This document shows positions 34,879 to 37,059 of a stretch of DNA of 37,059 bases, one piece after another. The number at the start of each line of letters is the position of its first letter. Within the stretch, counting starts at the first letter, position 1. The notes under the pieces were generated by a model. It did no database searches. It saw nothing but the letters and a program-made list of their open reading frames with translations, and was not told where the DNA came from. Origin of the DNA: Dimargaris cristalligena (lineage: Eukaryota); assembly GCA_003614675.1 (NCBI GenBank), contig ML002369.1:1-37059 (forward strand). Direction: 5' to 3'. The translations under genes and the position numbers were made by a program.

Positions 34879-36136
34879 GGTGGGGTAGTCCTAGTATACG
34901 AAGAACTGGAAAGAAAGGCGGTTGGGGTGATATTGTAGAGGCCAATGCAGCTGGAGAAGTTAACAGAATGGGGAAAATACGTCGGGTCGAATCAAACTAG
35001 TCGGAGAAAAAAGACCATCCGTTGTAACGGACGAGAAAGTAGTAATAGTAGTAGATATTGAAGTATGGAACTGGGCATGGGAACTGCCTGCTTTCGGGCT
35101 GTGGCTGGATTCAAATACTGGCCACGAATGGGAAGTTTGGGTCTGCTGTCGGGTAAAAGGGATAAGTACCACGCCAACGCCTAGCAGTGTGGTCCTGCCA
35201 GCCGTTTCCCCTCACATGAGAAACATGGGGGTTGGATTTATCAGTAAGCCTGACCACTGGCTAGTGATGTTGAAATGGCCACTGGTCAATAGTTAACCTC
35301 CCATTTTAAGGTCCCTGAACAAGGTTGAAGTCCCTGTAATATATAGAGTGATCAGGATTTGGTGGAATACCGACATACTAATATTAATATTCGTATTCTT
35401 TGTATACAATGTAGGAAGGTGTCTGTTAAATGTCTTCTTTGATTATCGATGGCTGGCTAATTCCCGCAATAATACCAGAGAACTTGGAGTCCCACGATAC
35501 CTTTTAGACTGTCTGCTGTGTAGCTATTTCATTGCCCCCATAGTCTTGTTAGGTTAGTCGTGGCTAGGTGTCTCTATTACTTAGGACAGTGTTAAGTGCG
35601 ATTAAGCTCTGTGTAAAGCGCGCCTGTCAACCAACCCCTTTGATGGCCGTCAAACTACAGCTGTGGATATAGTAGAGGGAGGGCAACAAGCCGTTCTCAT
35701 TAGTGGCCCTGAGGTATGGGAAATTCCAGGGTCAGAAAAAGTACCATCTGGGCAGTTGTTTACATTATCTGAACAGACGGGCGATTGGCGAGTAAACAAG
35801 GGGCGCTCTTCATATCACTCAAGGAGTCTTTGCTCAGTGTGGTATTGGAATAACCGCAAACCACCCAAAACAAACCGCGTTAGCTGAAGAAAGGAATCTA
35901 GACATAGTCCGTGTGTCTTTAAACCCCCACCAAGAACAACGTTTTACTCAGCCTGTCTGTTTATTTACATTGCTGCCCTTGCATGTTTAACTCTCTTTCA
36001 AACATCGACCTTTTCCTGCTTATTACTCCGATAGTTGATCTATCCCACCCCAGCCCAGTCCGGTCTGCCGACCTTCCACTAATCCTTTAACTACACAGAC
36101 CGCCCACAGATCCACCACTCCCTTTTTACTATTATA

Positions 36137-37059
36137 ATGGCGTCGCTTAAAGCCATTCCCGCCCCCGTCCAATACGCCTCGGAAATTGGTAAGTAATTCT
36201 CTGAACTCAACCCCATTGCCCTAAAAACCACTTCCCTGGCTGACCCTTTCGAATAACCCATTTAACCGGCCTGCTGTCTTAATGTCACTTGTTTACCAAC
36301 TGCGCTCTCAACTCCCCTTCCAGACCGCGTTAAGACCTTTATCTCCAAGTTCACTGCCGAAGTCGGTGGCGGAAAGGAGGGCTTTGAGGCCTCCCAAAGC
36401 CAGACGGGTACCCCCGCCACCAAGTACCTAGATCAATTGCAGGCCATTGCTGACCGTCGCCAACAGGCACTGACCATTGATTTGGCCGATGTGGGCAAAT
36501 TCGACCAACAGGACGGTAGCCTATTGCGCAATATCATGGCCAACACCAAACGGTACGTGGATCTGTTCAGCCAGGCCATCGACTCCCTCATGCCCGCCCC
36601 CACCGTGGACATTAGTTACGAAGACGACGTGATTGATGTGATTCTGTACCAGCGGCGCCAGCGCGAATTAGTGGCCCAGTCCAACGCCGCGGCCACCGGC
36701 AGCATGTACGAGTCAGGCGCGGCTGATACACAGTATCCGCCCATGTTGACGCGCCGGTACGCCGTCTACTTCCAACCCCCCGCGAACCAAAAAGCCCTGG
36801 CCGTGCGCGACGTGTCGGGCCGCCAAATGGGTCACCTCGTCACGGTCCGCGGGATCGTGACCCGCGTAACCGACGTCAAACCCTTCATGGTAGTGTGCGC
36901 CTACAGCTGCGACCAGTGCGGTTACGAGATTTTCCAGGAAGTCACCCAAAAACAGTTTACCCCGCTCACCGAATGCCAGTCCCAACTGTGTAAGAAAAAC
37001 GACGTCAGGGGCCGCTTGTACATGCAAACCCGCGCCAGCAAATTCTACGGCTCTGAGAG
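36137..37059 (+). CDS. MCM7: DNA replication licensing factor MCM7, 5' part (runs off window; missed by the ORF track)
   Basis: Exon 36137-36188, intron GTAAGT..CCAG, exon from 36324: KYLDQLQAIADR, NTKRYVDLFS, YPPMLTRRY, GHLVTVRGIVTRVTDVKP, zinc finger AYSCDQCGYEIFQEV...CQSQLC, LYMQTRASKF. Confidence 0.95.

Overview
Gene-dense eukaryotic nuclear DNA with short GT-AG introns (donors GTAAGT/GTACGT/GTAGGT), most consistent with an early-diverging fungus. A Zoopagomycota/Dimargaris-like source is my inference and is not proven. Genes supported, left to right: two oppositely oriented pieces of a DIS3-like (DIS3L1-type) ribonuclease, eIF3h, a DUF4203/TM7SF3-like membrane protein, an SLC35A nucleotide-sugar transporter, a 4-exon TilS-like PP-loop enzyme, an Aro8-like PLP aminotransferase, a kinesin-8, a small Lys-rich secreted orphan, a 6-exon SPX-EXS (Syg1/XPR1) protein, a PhzF/PBLD-family isomerase, a divergent LST8, and the 5' part of MCM7. 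No tRNA, rRNA, CRISPR or intact mobile element was recognised by eye. The most unusual feature is at the left edge: the N-terminal exons (PIN+CSD1) of the DIS3L-like gene are on the minus strand, an RNB-domain exon of apparently the same gene is on the plus strand, and their splice donors face each other ~200 bp apart. This is an intragenic inversion, a split/trans-spliced gene, or an amplification/assembly chimera. Family assignments come from remembered motifs, not database searches.
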